The translations under genes were made by a program, and so were the position numbers. Below are positions 12,809 to 26,299 of a stretch of DNA of 64,000 bases, piece after piece (the first letter of the stretch is position 1; every line of letters begins with the position of its first letter). Source of the stretch: Octopus vulgaris (lineage: Eukaryota); the NCBI GenBank assembly GCA_951406725.2, contig OX597814.1, positions 96,224,001 to 96,288,000 on the forward strand, given 5' to 3'. Below the pieces are notes generated by a model that did not search any database, was not told the origin of the DNA, and worked only from the letters and a program-made list of their open reading frames with translations.

Positions 12809-13289
12809 GTATGTATATTTTGTTTATGGATGTATTTATCTCTTTTTACCATATTTTTATATTCAATCTGTAAAGAAGATCAATATCAATGTTAGGCTAA
12901 AGTAAAACTGTGGATATTTTATATATTTATTAAATTACTAGTCTAACAATTGAAATGAATCATGCCCTTTACAATACCATAGAGATAAAAACAGATATTT
13001 AAGCAACATATAATATTTCCTCAACTGTTTTCATCTGCTACTAAATATGCCAGGAAAGTATTCAATATGTAAAATTGGTATATCCAATAGTGTTACACTG
13101 TTATACATAGTAGCTATATAAGCAATGAGTTCCTGAATGGTTAATGGGTTGGATGTGGTCCTGAAATATGCATATATACCCATTAACTAATTTTCCGTCT
13201 TCAATCACATTGTTTACATTAGACATATTCAGATACAAAATGTAACAAATCAGTACTGGCTATAATTTCTGTAGAGATAACCTTAAAAA

Positions 13290-13369
<80 letters not shown>

Positions 13370-13591
13370 GTTTGTTTGATTGTGTATAGAGGAGTATATT
13401 ATTCAAAGGAATTCCAACTCTTTTTTATGTTTTATTTATATTCTTATAATATTAATGTAGGATATAGAATATATAGTATATATAGTATATATAGTAAAAT
13501 GAAATGAAGTATTGATTGCCTTATTGAATAGATGAAATATTGAATATCAAATATTATGTCCCTTAATATTTGATATTAATATATATTATAT

Positions 13592-14130
13592 ATTGGGTCA
13601 TTCCATAAATAATGCAGTTTTTTTTATACTTCTTTTATTTTTCAAAATTAAGATAAGCAAAAGTTCTTTTTAATCTAAAATATATTCTCCTTCATTTTCT
13701 ATAATGCTCTTCCATCTATCCGGAAGACTTGCATGATCCCTCTTCCAAAATTCATTTGTCTTTGAGGGAAAATATTCCTCCAGTACTGTTCTGACCTTGT
13801 CTACAGAATTGTTATTTTTTCTGTTCATATGATTTTGAAGACTGCAGAATAAATGATAATCAGATGGGGTAATACTCCAGCCTTTGGAATGTCATCCTCA
13901 CTGTATGTGTCCGAGCATTAGCCTGATGGAAGAACACCTTTCGCCTTGAAACCAAAGATGGTCATTTTTCTTCTAGTGCTGACTTAAGCCACTCAAGTTG
14001 TTTGCAGTAGATCTCCTTTGTTATCATTTGGTTTGGGTTTAAAAGTTCAAAGTGGACTAAGACTAAACCTTTCAAATCCCACCAGACAGATGACAACACC
14101 TTATGTGGTTGAAGACCTTCTTTAGCCTGG
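13592..14130 (-). mobile_element. Mariner transposase relic with one TIR
   Basis: attgggtcattccataaataatgc TIR-like end; minus-strand KVLSSVWWDLKGL...HFELLNPNQMITKEIYCKQLEWLKSALEEK; truncated by a (GAT)n-tailed repeat at 14131. Confidence 0.8.
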
Positions 14131-14270
14131 GTATCCAGCTGTAGAAACACTGCCAGATCAGACTGGAGCCTAGTGCAGCCTCCTGGCCTCCCAGACCCTG
14201 GTCGAACTGTCCAACCCATGCTAGCATGGAAAACGGACGTTAAACGATGATGATGATGATGATGATGATG
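14131..14270 (+). mobile_element. (GAT)n-tailed retroposon 3' end (RTE-like tail)
   Basis: catccagctgtagaaac...ccaacccatgctagcatggaaaacggacgttaaacgatgatgat; same tail at 29031-29190 (+) and 24087-24290 (minus). Confidence 0.75.
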
Positions 14271-14914
14271 ACAGCCATAAGAGATATCACCTATGGACAA
14301 ATACCATAATGCATTTACATTTTATGATGTATTTACATAATGTGTGATGCACAGATGGCTGTCTTATATTTTATAATTGATAAAATAGCAATAAAAATTT
14401 GAACTTACTGTATTCTAACCAAACTTATGAAGGAACTTATGTATGTATAGTTTACCTTAACGTTAGGAAGATGCTAAATTAAGAATTGTTTACTTTGCAA
14501 ATAAGGATGAGTTTAAGTGCAATTTTTTAAAGCAAATGACATGAAATTTCAAGAATTTGGCATTTAATTATCTAAAAGTGTGGAAGAGGATTTTACATAA
14601 GCCGAGAACTTTGCATCGATTGTGAGGTAATGCTGTTTATAATGATGTAATTCTTTCCCCAATCATTAATATTCATAAGTTTGGTGGTTATTTCAAGCTT
14701 CTAAATCAGTAATTTCCTCCTGGTTTGTATTCTGGTCTATCATAAGGGAATTGAGATCAGCACTGTGAGTCAAGAAAATATTAATTTCTGTACTGATACT
14801 GATTATATCAATGAATTATACCACTGGCTACACATACTTAGAGCTGGATGAGCAAATGATGAACCTTTATGTAGTTGCTCAACATTTTAAAAATAGTAGC
14901 CAAGTCTCTCCCTT

Positions 14915-15218
14915 AAGCCTAGTACTTATTCTATCAGTCTCTTTTGCTAAACCACTAAGTTATAGAGATGCAAAACACACCAACACCAGTTGTCAAGTGG
15001 TGGTAGGGGACAAACACAGACTCAGAGACACACACACATACACACACACACACACATAATGGGTTTCTTTCAGTTTCCATGTACCAAATCCACTCACAAG
15101 GATTTGGCCATCCCAAAGCTATAGTAGAAGACATTTGCCCAAGATGCCATGCAGTGGGACTGAATCCAGAACCATACAGTGGGAAGCAAGCTTCTTACAT
15201 GCAGCCACATCTACACCT
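14915..15218 (-). mobile_element. SINE family B, partial
   Basis: Same blocks as 9586-10037; further fragments at about 18555-18760, 18835-19000, 30105-30290, 31225-31380 and 38880-39070. Confidence 0.75.
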
Positions 15219-15470
15219 TATATACTTAATAAACCTTCAGTTGGCACAGATCATGTATAATTATTCAGACTTTTTGATATCTAGAATTGTTGGGTACTAG
15301 GTTTCAATATAATATTAGAGTAAATTAGTAAATTAGTTTTGTGTAAATGTTCTATGATTTTGTGCAATTGGATTAAAATTTACTAATTTTTTCTTCAGAG
15401 ATGACTTAAATTCTAAGGGAGTTATATTCAAAAGATTTTACTCTAATGAATCGTTTTACTATCATTTCAG

Positions 15471-15677
15471 TTTCTAGACAGCATAAATCTAAAGGAACTG
15501 AATACTTCATGGCTTCGTCGACAAATTGCCATTGTCTCTCAAGAACCAGTTCTATTTTCCTGCTCAATTGAAGAAAATATTGCTTATGGAGATTTGACAC
15601 GAGCTGTGACATTTGATGAAATTATCAATGCTGCTCAACAAGCAAACATTCACTCATTTATACAGTCTCTACCTGAG
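15471..15677 (+). CDS. ABCB1: ABCB1-like exon (NBD2 Q-loop)
   Basis: tttcag acceptor, gtaagt donor. [69 protein letters not shown]. 207 bp. Confidence 0.96.
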
Positions 15678-15756
15678 GTAAGTGTATAAGTTGGTTGACT
15701 ATTTTGTTTATTTTATCACTACAATGAGGATTATAGTAATGATTGTTGGATCTTAA

Positions 15757-16317
15757 CTCTTTAGCATTCAGATTACTCTGTTGGTTGCAATGACAAGGGT
15801 TCCGGTTGATCTGATCAATGGGATAGCCTGCTTGTGAAATTAATGTGCAAGTGGCTGAGTACTCTGCAGATGTGTGTACCCTTAACGTATTACTCAGGGA
15901 GATTCAGCATGACACAGAATGTGACAAGACCGGCCCTTTGAATTACAGATACAACTCATTTTTGCCAGCTGAGTGGACTGGAGCAATGGGAAATAAAGTA
16001 TCTTGCTCAAGGACATAACACTGGAAATCGAACTGATGACCCTACGATTGTGAGCCAATTACCCTAACCACTAAGCCATGCACCTTCACTCTGTCAAATG
16101 TAATGCTTATTTATTTCCATTGTTTTGAATTAATCATACATTATCTCACAACTTCAAGATGTTGATGATGTTATTGTTTATTTTTAGAATGATATTAGAG
16201 GGTAGGTGTGAGAGGCCAGATTTGGCCAATTTGAACTTAGAATAAGTAGAATATTTGGGCCTGTGTATGGGCCAGTATTTGGGCCAGTTTATTATGGCCA
16301 GTTTAAATGCTAAAGGA
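15757..16317. mobile_element. piggyBac-like MITE interrupted by a SINE C copy (15782-16087, minus)
   Basis: TTAA-ctctttagcattcaga...aatgctaaagga; same family as 31488-31689; the nested SINE is flanked by an actctgt duplication. Confidence 0.72.
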
Positions 16318-18759
16318 TTCAATTAGCCATCCATTGCCTCTTTTAATCTACATTGTAAAAGGGTTTGATTTTTAGAATTTTATCTTTCTACTAAACTTTC
16401 ATTGCTTTAAGCTCTTTTAGATAAAAATGGATTTTATGTCCATTAATTCTGATTCCTTCATAATCAAGATTTTATCCTTACTTCAATGTTTAATAGCATC
16501 ATATCTTTTGATTTTGATTTAATAGAACATCATTTACTTTTTATTTATCTTTGGTGCAGTTTAAATTTACAATTTTTCTTTGTTGTATAATAAAATTCTA
16601 ATTGTTATTACCTGATCTTGTTTAGAGTTTGATTACACTACTCTATCAAAACTGTTCTGTAACTTAAAGCTTGAAATGACTTATGATTATGAGCCTTCCA
16701 TCATTTTTAAAATTTTACTGATAATTTGTTATGAAAAATAGAGGAACTATCATCCAGACTTCACATGTAAAGGGTTTACTTGGCAATTCTTCAATGGCAT
16801 GTTTATAATATGCTTCATCTAATAGTTTGTCTAATGGTGAAGGGTATGATTTTATTTATCCATTACACACCTTCATTATTTCCTTTTCTTAAGGCATTGA
16901 GCCGGCAGAACTGTTGGCACACTTGACAAAATGTTTAGCAACATTTCATCTGTCCTTATGCTCTGAGCTCAAATTCCTATGAGATTGACTTTGCCTTTCA
17001 TCCTTTCAGGGTCAATGTAATAAGTACCAGTTAAGTACTGAGGTAGATGTAATCAACTTACCCTCCCCTCAGAACAACAGGCCTTGTGCCAAAATTTCAT
17101 TATTTGCTTTTCTTTGATATTTGGAGAATTTTATAATTCCTTCATTGTTATTATCTTTTGTGCAAGCCATATACATAGAAGTATTTAGATATTTTGTCTT
17201 TACAATTGTAGTGTGTAGCCATTTTCAAATAGTAACGCCAATTTGTGATAGCTGGCAATATGACGTAATGTCATATTGCCGAAGAAATATGATTGTCATT
17301 TTCCCATTGGTTGATATAACTGCTCATATAGGAATTCTGAAAATTAGTTAAAGAATATTTTCATGTGATTTCAATTCTTTAAAGTCAAATTGTGCAGTTA
17401 TGAAAACCCTGGATTTTGGGAAAAACTTTAGTGTTTGTGGGATGTAACTAAACTCCATGACACTCAATCCTTTGAGACATTGGTTATTTTTTTATGCCAT
17501 GTCTATAAAAAATCCAACAAGACTTGTTTGAATCGTTGAGATCTATATAGTTAGTATGAAGAATTAGTTAGCGTAAATTTTAAGTCGTAATTCTCTATGA
17601 CAAAATTACTTTACTTCAAATTGTATTATAAATATTAAAAATGCTAAATGTACATAAATAAAATAATGTAGTAATTATTTTCTCTTTCTTCACATTCTTC
17701 AACTTATTAATGAAATGTATTTCTGTAATTATGAAACTGTATTTTTTTATAACGGTTAAAAGAACATGAAATTATTTATATTCAACATACATGCACGCAT
17801 AAATGTCCATTAGTGTTTCAGAAAGTATATTTCTCGCTATAGCATTTATGTAGCTGGAGTCAGGATTTATGTATAATGATAACACTTATAAGTAAGTTAT
17901 AAGTGACGGGTTTATCATTATATATCCCTACTTCAAAAGCTAAATATATTTATCCATTTCCAAATAGGAAACATATAAAAGTAGCATTACACTAACATTA
18001 AACAAACCAACCAGAAAACATCCGCTATATAAAAACTGCCGTCCATTATACAATCATTATCTGAACAGTTTTCTCTTATATCCTAATCTCTCTATATATT
18101 AACATATCTAGTTTCGTTGTTCAAAACTGTGGGGGTTGTTGCACAATTTACCAACTGTTGAAGCCTTCATTTCTTTATATTATTAACCAGTGTAGATAGC
18201 TATCCACTGTCATATCGTTTGATATATTCTGACATGGTAAGTGTACAGCATTCAGAGAAGATGTAACCAACAGTCATATCAAACAGCCTACATATGCAGA
18301 GTTCAAAATTGGTATTGCTCTTCAGTATATATTACTGGCTGGCTTTTTGGGAGATACTGCATTAAACAGCAAATGTCAAGCTTTTAATAATTTCTTTTAG
18401 TTGAAAGCCCTGAAGTCAGATAAAGTTCTGTCGTTTGTCGTCCTTTAGCTTTTATTTGTTTCAGTTTTGCTGTGGCACTGCCTTGATGGGTTTAGTTGAA
18501 TAAATTAACCTCAGAAGCTTATTATATATGTATGTGTATATATGTATGTGTGTGTGTCTGTGTTTATCACCCCCCATCATCACTTAACAGCCTATGTTGG
18601 TTTGTTTACATCCCCATAACTTACTGGTTCAGCATAAAAAAAACCCCTGTTAGAATAAGTACTAGGCTTAAAAAATAAGTACAGGAGTTGATTCATTCAA
18701 CTAAAAATTCAAGGTGATGCCCCCAGCATGACCGCAGTCTAATGACTAAAACAAGTAAA

Positions 18760-18813
<54 letters not shown>

Positions 18814-19534
18814 TATACACACACACACACACATATGATGGGCTCCCACACAGTTTCTGTCTACCAAATCCACTCACAAGGCATTGATCCGACTAGGGCT
18901 ATACTAGAAGATACTTGCCCAAGATGCCAAACAGTAGGACTGAACCTCAAACCAAACCACATGCTTGCAAACCTAGCTTCTTAACCACACAACCATGCAT
19001 GCTTTTCTAATTGCTTTAGGAATTGTACATGGAGTGGGTTTTTAATGCTCATCCATTTATTTTTCTTCACTGTTTCTTCTTAGTATTTCAATTTCATCTC
19101 TAGTACTTTTGATTTCATAATTACATATGCGTCTTCTAGTACTTATATGTAAAGTTGTTTAGTAAAAGCACCTATTTCTTTTTATTATTTTTTGTGCTGC
19201 TTTGTTATCATAACATTTATCATCTTGCCATACTATGCAACTGTGTAAGAAATTATCTTGAATATTTCAGAAGGTGTCTAATCTAAATTTAAAGACACTA
19301 TTAAACCATCTCTAGTTGTACAAGTTGTTAAGTTTCCTTATTCTTTTTAGAGATATATATGCAGTATTTATGTTATGTTTATCCAAATTAGCCTGAATTA
19401 ATAATAGTTACTATGTTTTTATATCTAGTTTTGCTTTATCTATTGTAATTTCCAAATTATCGATTTGAAATTATAGTTTACTACAAGGTAGTAAACTATT
19501 GCTTCTGTCTTATGTTTCTAAGTTCTCCCTGTAT

Positions 19535-20008
19535 AACACTGTATAACACAATTTTTTTCCTTGGGTAGCAACTGTTATTTCCGATTTGCTTACCCCTAGA
19601 AAATATGAAAAATGGCTAATATTTCTTTCAGACTTCGTTCTTGTTACATTTCTTCAAACTCCAAAGAATTCCTTTCAACACATGGCTATAATGCTTACCT
19701 ACTACTCCTGCTCATGATCAGGGATGCCCATATTGTCAGCCACTGAGGGACATGTTCAAGTAGATAAGGCCAAGCAATTGACAAGCAAATCTGTGGTATT
19801 GAGCAGAATATTTGCTACAACGATATTTCTACTTCAGGAAATGTGATGGAAAATAAGTCAGTGTCAAAACATTGATGTCCAAGTCACAAAAGCAAAGCTT
19901 GAAGAGAATAGTAATTTCCTTTGATTTCTAGATAGAAGCAAATAGGAAATAACACTTACTGACCAAAAACGAAAACAAAAACAAAAAATGTAATTATATT
20001 AGTGTACT
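19535..20008. mobile_element. Non-autonomous DNA transposon with long imperfect TIRs (CACTG-type ends, possibly Chapaev-like)
   Basis: Starts acactgtataacac; inverted copy at 50477-50967; ends are imperfect inverted repeats of each other. Confidence 0.6.
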
Positions 20009-21517
20009 GAATGTTTCGTTCAAATGAACACTTTCATTTTGGTTTGACCCCAAGGTATTTATCTCCTTCACTTGTACCTAATTTGTTTACAGCATGCTTC
20101 ATTTCACTGTCACTAACTTCATCAGCCTATATCTACTGAATTTGCTTACAGTAAAGTTGTTTACCCCATATCACAAGTTTGGTCTGCACCTCCCAGTAGT
20201 TTATTCCATAAAAGCAGCTAGTTTTGCTCTATGTTATAAATCTTATCTCTTTCTCTCTATTGTCATAAGTATCACTCAATACTTCTCTGAACCTATGACC
20301 AATTAAAATCTCTTTCAACTCACAGGTCTTCCCCTTGCAAAGCGTATTTTGTCCCTGATTCAGAGTAACTCTTATTCTGAAGTTGCTAACCATTAATTTA
20401 TGTTGGAAGGTACATTCTTCATGTGGGAAAGACTGAGAGACCTAGCATTTAGAATCATCCCCCTATTTGCTTACCAGTGATAATAAAATCCATTTGGCTT
20501 GTGTGATCACTTGATTGGTAAGTGATTTCCAGAAGATTGTGTCGCCAATTGTGAGATCATTTACATCAGAGAATTCCAGGAATCTTGACACCTCTTCATT
20601 TCTTGTGTTGAAGCTACACCATTATGGTTTTGTTTGACATGTCCATTAGAGTCACCATTTGTGCTAATGAAGTTGTTGTTGTCAGTTACTGAAATAGTCT
20701 GTAGAAGGGCCTCATAAAAACAATCCTGTTTATCTGCCAGTCTTTAATATAATTCATATGCAGAAATAACTATCATACCTGTTTTGCTTGTGGCTGTTCT
20801 TGTTTAATAATTCTTTCACACACCCTAACTTCCTTAGTTACCTTATCTGTCCTTGTTTCTGAGAATAGAATGTCAACTCGAATTCACCTTCATTAGCTCT
20901 CAGTGTTTTTTTTTTCCTGACTTTTAATAAATGAGAAAACACTCTATGGTTTCTCTCTATTTTTAAGGAAATATAAACATTTTGTATAAACACTGTCACA
21001 TGATATTCTCTAGTGAAAAAATATTGACCACACTGACAGAACATTGAATTTAGATATTTATTTGTATAATAGAAGATAGAAAAGAGAAGAGTATTAGAAA
21101 CATTGAATTGAATTAATGTTTCCAACAATGTTTTTTTTATTCTTTTATTTTCTATAGGAACAACATTGGCATCAACATTCTCTTATTTTCTAACCTCATG
21201 AGACTATATACATATGTGTGGTGAAACTTATACATATATGTGTGTGTGTATGCGTACACACACACACACACACACAAGTGAGCAAATGAAAGTAGTACTA
21301 AACACATATATTTTGTTGCAGTCGCATTTAACAACAGATGTTTAAAGATGGAATGGAAAGTTTAACAGAAATTCAGATTCCCGTTGTTAGGCCTAAACAA
21401 ACAATTGACAAGATGGATATGTGTTGCATACCCATCAAACTTTAGACAATACAAAGCTGAGTCAAACTGTTATTAAATATAGTATAATATAACATAATAT
21501 AATATAATATAATATCC

Positions 21518-21552
<35 letters not shown>

Positions 21553-21625
21553 AATTTAGGGTGAATACTTGATAAGTGTAAGCACCTGTATACGCCAGCT
21601 AGTAGCAGAGGTGAGAGGGTATATG

Positions 21626-21911
21626 TATCAAATGAAATCAAAAACAGAACACAAAGGATGTCGCGGTACACGTGTTTCAAGCTTTATAAACGACCTATTC
21701 TTACATCAGTGAATAATAGACATAAAGGATGGTTTAAAGCCCTCTTCAGCTGCATGCAATTGTTATTCCAAAGAGTTACATCACACTATGAAAAATCCGA
21801 AAGGTACATTTAGTATTATCCATGATGATAGGTTATATCATGTCTCCCTGAGAGAGTTTATTTGTAAAATTTCATAACTAAATAGGCGTGTAGGGTATCA
21901 TTGGATTTCGA
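21626..21911 (-). mobile_element. Penelope-like terminal repeat stub, arm 1 of an inverted pair
   Basis: About 285 bp reverse complement of 23342-23626; contains a hammerhead motif; adjoins a TA-rich microsatellite and a purine/pyrimidine tract. Confidence 0.65.
21662..21754 (-). ncRNA. Type I hammerhead ribozyme motif with long stem II
   Basis: Minus strand: tgcag CTGAAGA gggcttt...aaagctt GAAA cacgtg TA ccgcg. Intact core, palindromic stem III ACACGTGT, one mismatch in stem I. Confidence 0.72.
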
Positions 21912-22582
21912 AAATCTGTTCATACTGTATCACCAGTCAACATAGAGTGAATGTTAAATAGATTGAATGTTAAATAGATTTGAATGGGTTCATTCCTCTT
22001 TTAAGGGAAAGGAAATAAGAAGGAAAGAGGGAGAAAAAAAAGAAGAAAGAGAGAAAGAAAAACTAGGGAGAGTATTGAGAGGGAAAATAGATAGAAAGAA
22101 AGAAGGTAGAAAGAAGAGAGAAAAAAATAGAGGGGAAAAAAGAGAAAGAAAGAAAAAGGGGAGAAAAAGATAATAATGTTGGGATCACAAGTAAATAAAT
22201 ACAAATATAAATGAATATAATAAATATAATAAATATAAAAAAACTAGAGTAACAAGAAAATATAAAAACGTAAAGTATAAAAAAACGTAAAGTGCAGAAA
22301 AAACGGAAATTATAAAAATGTGTTTTGCTTGAAATATAAAAAGATATAAAGTAATCATAAAAACAAAAGAATTAAGATAAAGAGATAATAATTCTTTCAC
22401 ACAGTGTCCTAACTTCCTTAGTTACCTTATCTGTCCTTGTTGTACTGAGAATAGAATGTCAACTACATGCTTTAATTCACCTTCATTAGCTCTCAGTGTG
22501 TGTGTGTGTATGTGTGTCTGACATACTTACCCATAAATATAAAACACTCTATTTCATACTCTCAAATTTTTACAGGAAATAT

Positions 22583-22618
<36 letters not shown>

Positions 22619-22736
22619 GTATATGTGCACACCCATACACACATACACATACATATGTATACACATACATATGTATACACATATATACACACACGCATAC
22701 ATACATATACATAGACACACGCACACATATACATAT

Positions 22737-22769
<33 letters not shown>

Positions 22770-23048
22770 CACATAGATATACACACATACACATGCATAC
22801 CCATCATATATAGACATACGTACATATACTGAGTCAAACTGTTATTAAATATATATAATATAACATAATATAATATAATATAATATCCCCGTATATACAA
22901 GCACACACATGTATATATATGTATATATATGTTTGTCCAGGATAGGACTACACAGCCACAGCAGGAAATGTATCAGGACATGAAATGTAAAAGCCGGACT
23001 AGACTATTTTATGCGCAACTCCATTGTCTCCTGAGACAAAAAGGATGC

Positions 23049-23102
<54 letters not shown>

Positions 23103-23341
23103 TATATATACACATATATATACATACATACATATACACACACACATACATGCAATTGTTATTCCAAAGAGTTACACATCTATGTATATGTATGTATGCG
23201 TGTGTATATATGTATATATGTGTATATATATATGTATGTGTATGTGTACATTTGTATGTGTATGTGTGTATGGGTGTGCACATATACATATGTGTATTAA
23301 GATTTACTGTGTGTGGTTGTGTGTGTGTACCGATACCTATA

Positions 23342-23626
23342 TCGAAATCCAATGATACCCTACACGCCTATTTAATTATGAAATTTTACAAATACACTCT
23401 CTCAGGGAGACATGATATACCTATCATCATGGATAATACTAAATGTACCTTTCGGATTTTTCATAGTGTGATGTAACTCTTTGGAATAACAATTGCATGC
23501 GGTTGAAGAGAGCTTTAAACCATCCTTTATGTCGATTATTCACTGATGTAAGAATAGGTTGTTTATAAAGCTTGAAACACGTGTACCGCGACATCCTTTG
23601 TGTTCTGTTTTTGATTTCATTTGATA
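23342..23626 (+). mobile_element. Penelope-like terminal repeat stub, arm 2 of the inverted pair
   Basis: Reverse complement of 21626-21911 with roughly ten differences. Confidence 0.65.
23498..23590 (+). ncRNA. Type I hammerhead ribozyme motif with C3U core change
   Basis: tgcgg TTGAAGA gagcttt...aaagctt GAAA cacgtg TA ccgcg; stem I gcgg/ccgc is perfect. Confidence 0.65.
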
Positions 23627-23686
23627 TATATATATATATGTATGTATATATATATGTACATAATTGTGTATATGTATATATGCATA

Positions 23687-23733
<47 letters not shown>

Positions 23734-23947
23734 GTGTGTATATGTTTATATATGTGTATATGTATATATGTGCATATGTATATATATGTGCATATGTATA
23801 TATATTTGCATATGTATATATATGTGTATGTATGTTTATATATGTGTATATATGTATATATATGTATATATGTATACATGTATTTATATAAATGTATATA
23901 TGTATATATATGTGTATAAATGTATATATATATATATATGTATTTGC

Positions 23948-23979
<32 letters not shown>

Positions 23980-24020
23980 ATACATATATATGAGTACATA
24001 TGTATATATATGTGTATATG

Positions 24021-24086
<66 letters not shown>

Positions 24087-24089
<3 letters not shown>

Positions 24090-24691
24090 TGGTTTAATGT
24101 CCACCTCCCATGCTAGCATGGGTTGGACGATTTGACTGAGGACTGGCGAACCAGATGGCTGCGCCAGGCTCAAATCAGATCTGGCAGAGTTTCTACAGCT
24201 GGATGCCCTTCTTAATGCCAACCACTCCGAGAGTGTAGTGGGTGCTTTTAAAGTGCCACCGGCATGAGCACCAGTCTGGCGTACTGGCAATGGTTGCGTT
24301 CGAATGTTTTATTCATGTGCCACCAGCTCAAGTGCCAGTGAGGCAACGCTGACAACGATTGCGCTCAAATGGTGCTCTTTACGTGTCAGACAGCTGCTCT
24401 GGCAGTGATCCTGCTTGGATGGAGCTGTTAGCGCTTCACTGGCATGGATGCCAGTCATCGAATTTTGTTCAATTTCACTTGCCCCAACAGGTCTTCGCAA
24501 GCAGAGTTTAGTGTCCAGTGAAGGGAGATTAGCATGGGTGCCAGTCGAGGAATTTGGTTCGATTTCAAATTCAATTTCGATTTCGATATCACTTGCCTCA
24601 ACAGGTCTTCACAAGCAGAGTTTTGTGTCCAATGAAGGAAAGGTATGCATAAGTGAGCTGGCTACATCCTGGTAAAGGCCATGGGTTATGG

Positions 24692-24696
<5 letters not shown>
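24087..24696 (-). mobile_element. RTE-like LINE 3' UTR and tail
   Basis: Ends in the ccaacccatgctagcatgg tail; internal duplicated gcttg(c/t)gaagacctgttg(g/a)ggcaagtga blocks; set between (TA)n tracts. Confidence 0.6.
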
Positions 24697-24730
<34 letters not shown>

Positions 24731-24758
24731 TATATAAATATACATGTGTGGATATATA

Positions 24759-25310
24759 CAGGGTTATTCGAAAAGAAAGAGCAGATTTCAAATTTATTTT
24801 TAAAACAAACAGTAACAGACACAAACACATTCTACAATTTCTTGATAGGGGAAGGTTTAAAGTTTAAAGCTGCACATGATCAATTGAATTAAGCTTTAAA
24901 TAAAATAATATTTTAATTTCGTTTTAATGTTTTATTTTGTTCATTTTATTTAAAGTTGTATAATTTTCATTTGTGTAATCCCTTAGAAAATGGTAACGCC
25001 ACAAAAAAAGTCTTTTTGTGAGCTGCAGTTTGAGAAATGTGAATTGATTGTGCAAGTGCAACATGAATTTCACTGCCAGTTCAATAAAAATCCACCTCGT
25101 CACAAGCAAATTTACGAATGGCATAAAAATTTCACAGAAAACGGCTTCAATGTTTGTTGAGCAACACACGGGGCTCATGTTGAGTGCATACTACCTCAAA
25201 ATAAACTTTAAACCTTCCCCTATCAAGAAATATGTAGAATGTGTTTGTGTCTCTTACTGTTTGTTTTAAAAATAAATTTAAAATCTGATCTTTCTTTTTG
25301 AATAACCCTG
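24759..25310 (+). mobile_element. Tc1/mariner-superfamily deletion derivative
   Basis: TA-cagggttattc...gaataaccctg-TA with TIRs of about 110 bp; internal MVTPQKKSFCELQFEKC...VQHEFHCQFNKNPPRHKQIYEWHKNF transposase N-terminal HTH. Confidence 0.88.
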
Positions 25311-25774
25311 TATATGTATATATAAATATGCATATGTATAAATATATATATGTATACACACACACACGCACATATATATAGCTGAAGGATTAAAATAAAA
25401 GGACATATTTAATGCAGTTTTGGCCCTTCAATTGTCTATATTATTGCTTCTGTTATTATCATTTTTAATTGTTACAATAGATAATAACAGATTTAATATC
25501 TTCACAGTACTTTTATAGCAATGACACCCAGTTACAACTATCATGTTAGGTCATATATTCATTGTAAAAATGGACAGTTTACATGAAATATTTACAAATA
25601 GGAGAGAATAATCGTATAGAGGAAGGAAATGTTGATCCAATTTATTAAATGCCTGAATGAATAAAAATCATCAATAATGATGAGTTAATGGAGATTGTTT
25701 CTTTTTTTTTGCTTTTTATATAATTTAATTAATTTTTTTTCATATTTACTAATTTTATTTTTTTTCACTTTTAG

Positions 25775-25921
25775 GGTTATTCAACTAAAGCTGGAGGGAA
25801 AGGGTCGCAGCTAAGCGGTGGACAGAAACAAAGAATTGCCATTGCTCGTGCACTGATAAGAAATCCCAAAATACTGCTTCTGGATGAGGCAACATCAGCT
25901 CTTGATACTGAAAGCGAAAAG
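25775..25921 (+). CDS. ABCB1: ABCB1-like exon (ABC signature, Walker B, D-loop)
   Basis: ttttag acceptor, gtatta donor. [49 protein letters not shown]. 147 bp. Confidence 0.97.
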
Positions 25922-25974
25922 GTATTAATCTAGTATATATATTTGAATCACAGTATGTGTGTGTATAATGACTA

Positions 25975-26217
25975 ACTGTCTTTTACTTGCTTCGGTCATT
26001 TGACGGCGGCCATGCTGGAGCACCACCTTTAGTTGAGCAAATTGACCCCAGGACTTATTCTTTGTGAGCCTAGTATATATTCTATCAGTCTCTTTTGCCA
26101 AACTGCTAAGTTACTGGAACGTAAACATACCAGCATCAGTTGTCAAGTGATGTTGGGGGGATGAACACAGACACACAAACATATACACACACATATACAT
26201 ACATGCATACATACATG

Positions 26218-26248
<31 letters not shown>

Positions 26249-26256
26249 TTATATAT

Positions 26257-26299
<43 letters not shown>

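Noticed and set aside
20825-20906. Minus-strand CTAATGAAGG (also near 22485) as another hammerhead
   Set aside because: G5 is missing and no stem II/GAAA/UH arrangement could be closed.
22496-24135. Many overlapping Y/I/C/V/H/T-rich ORFs
   Set aside because: TA/CA dinucleotide repeats, not coding.
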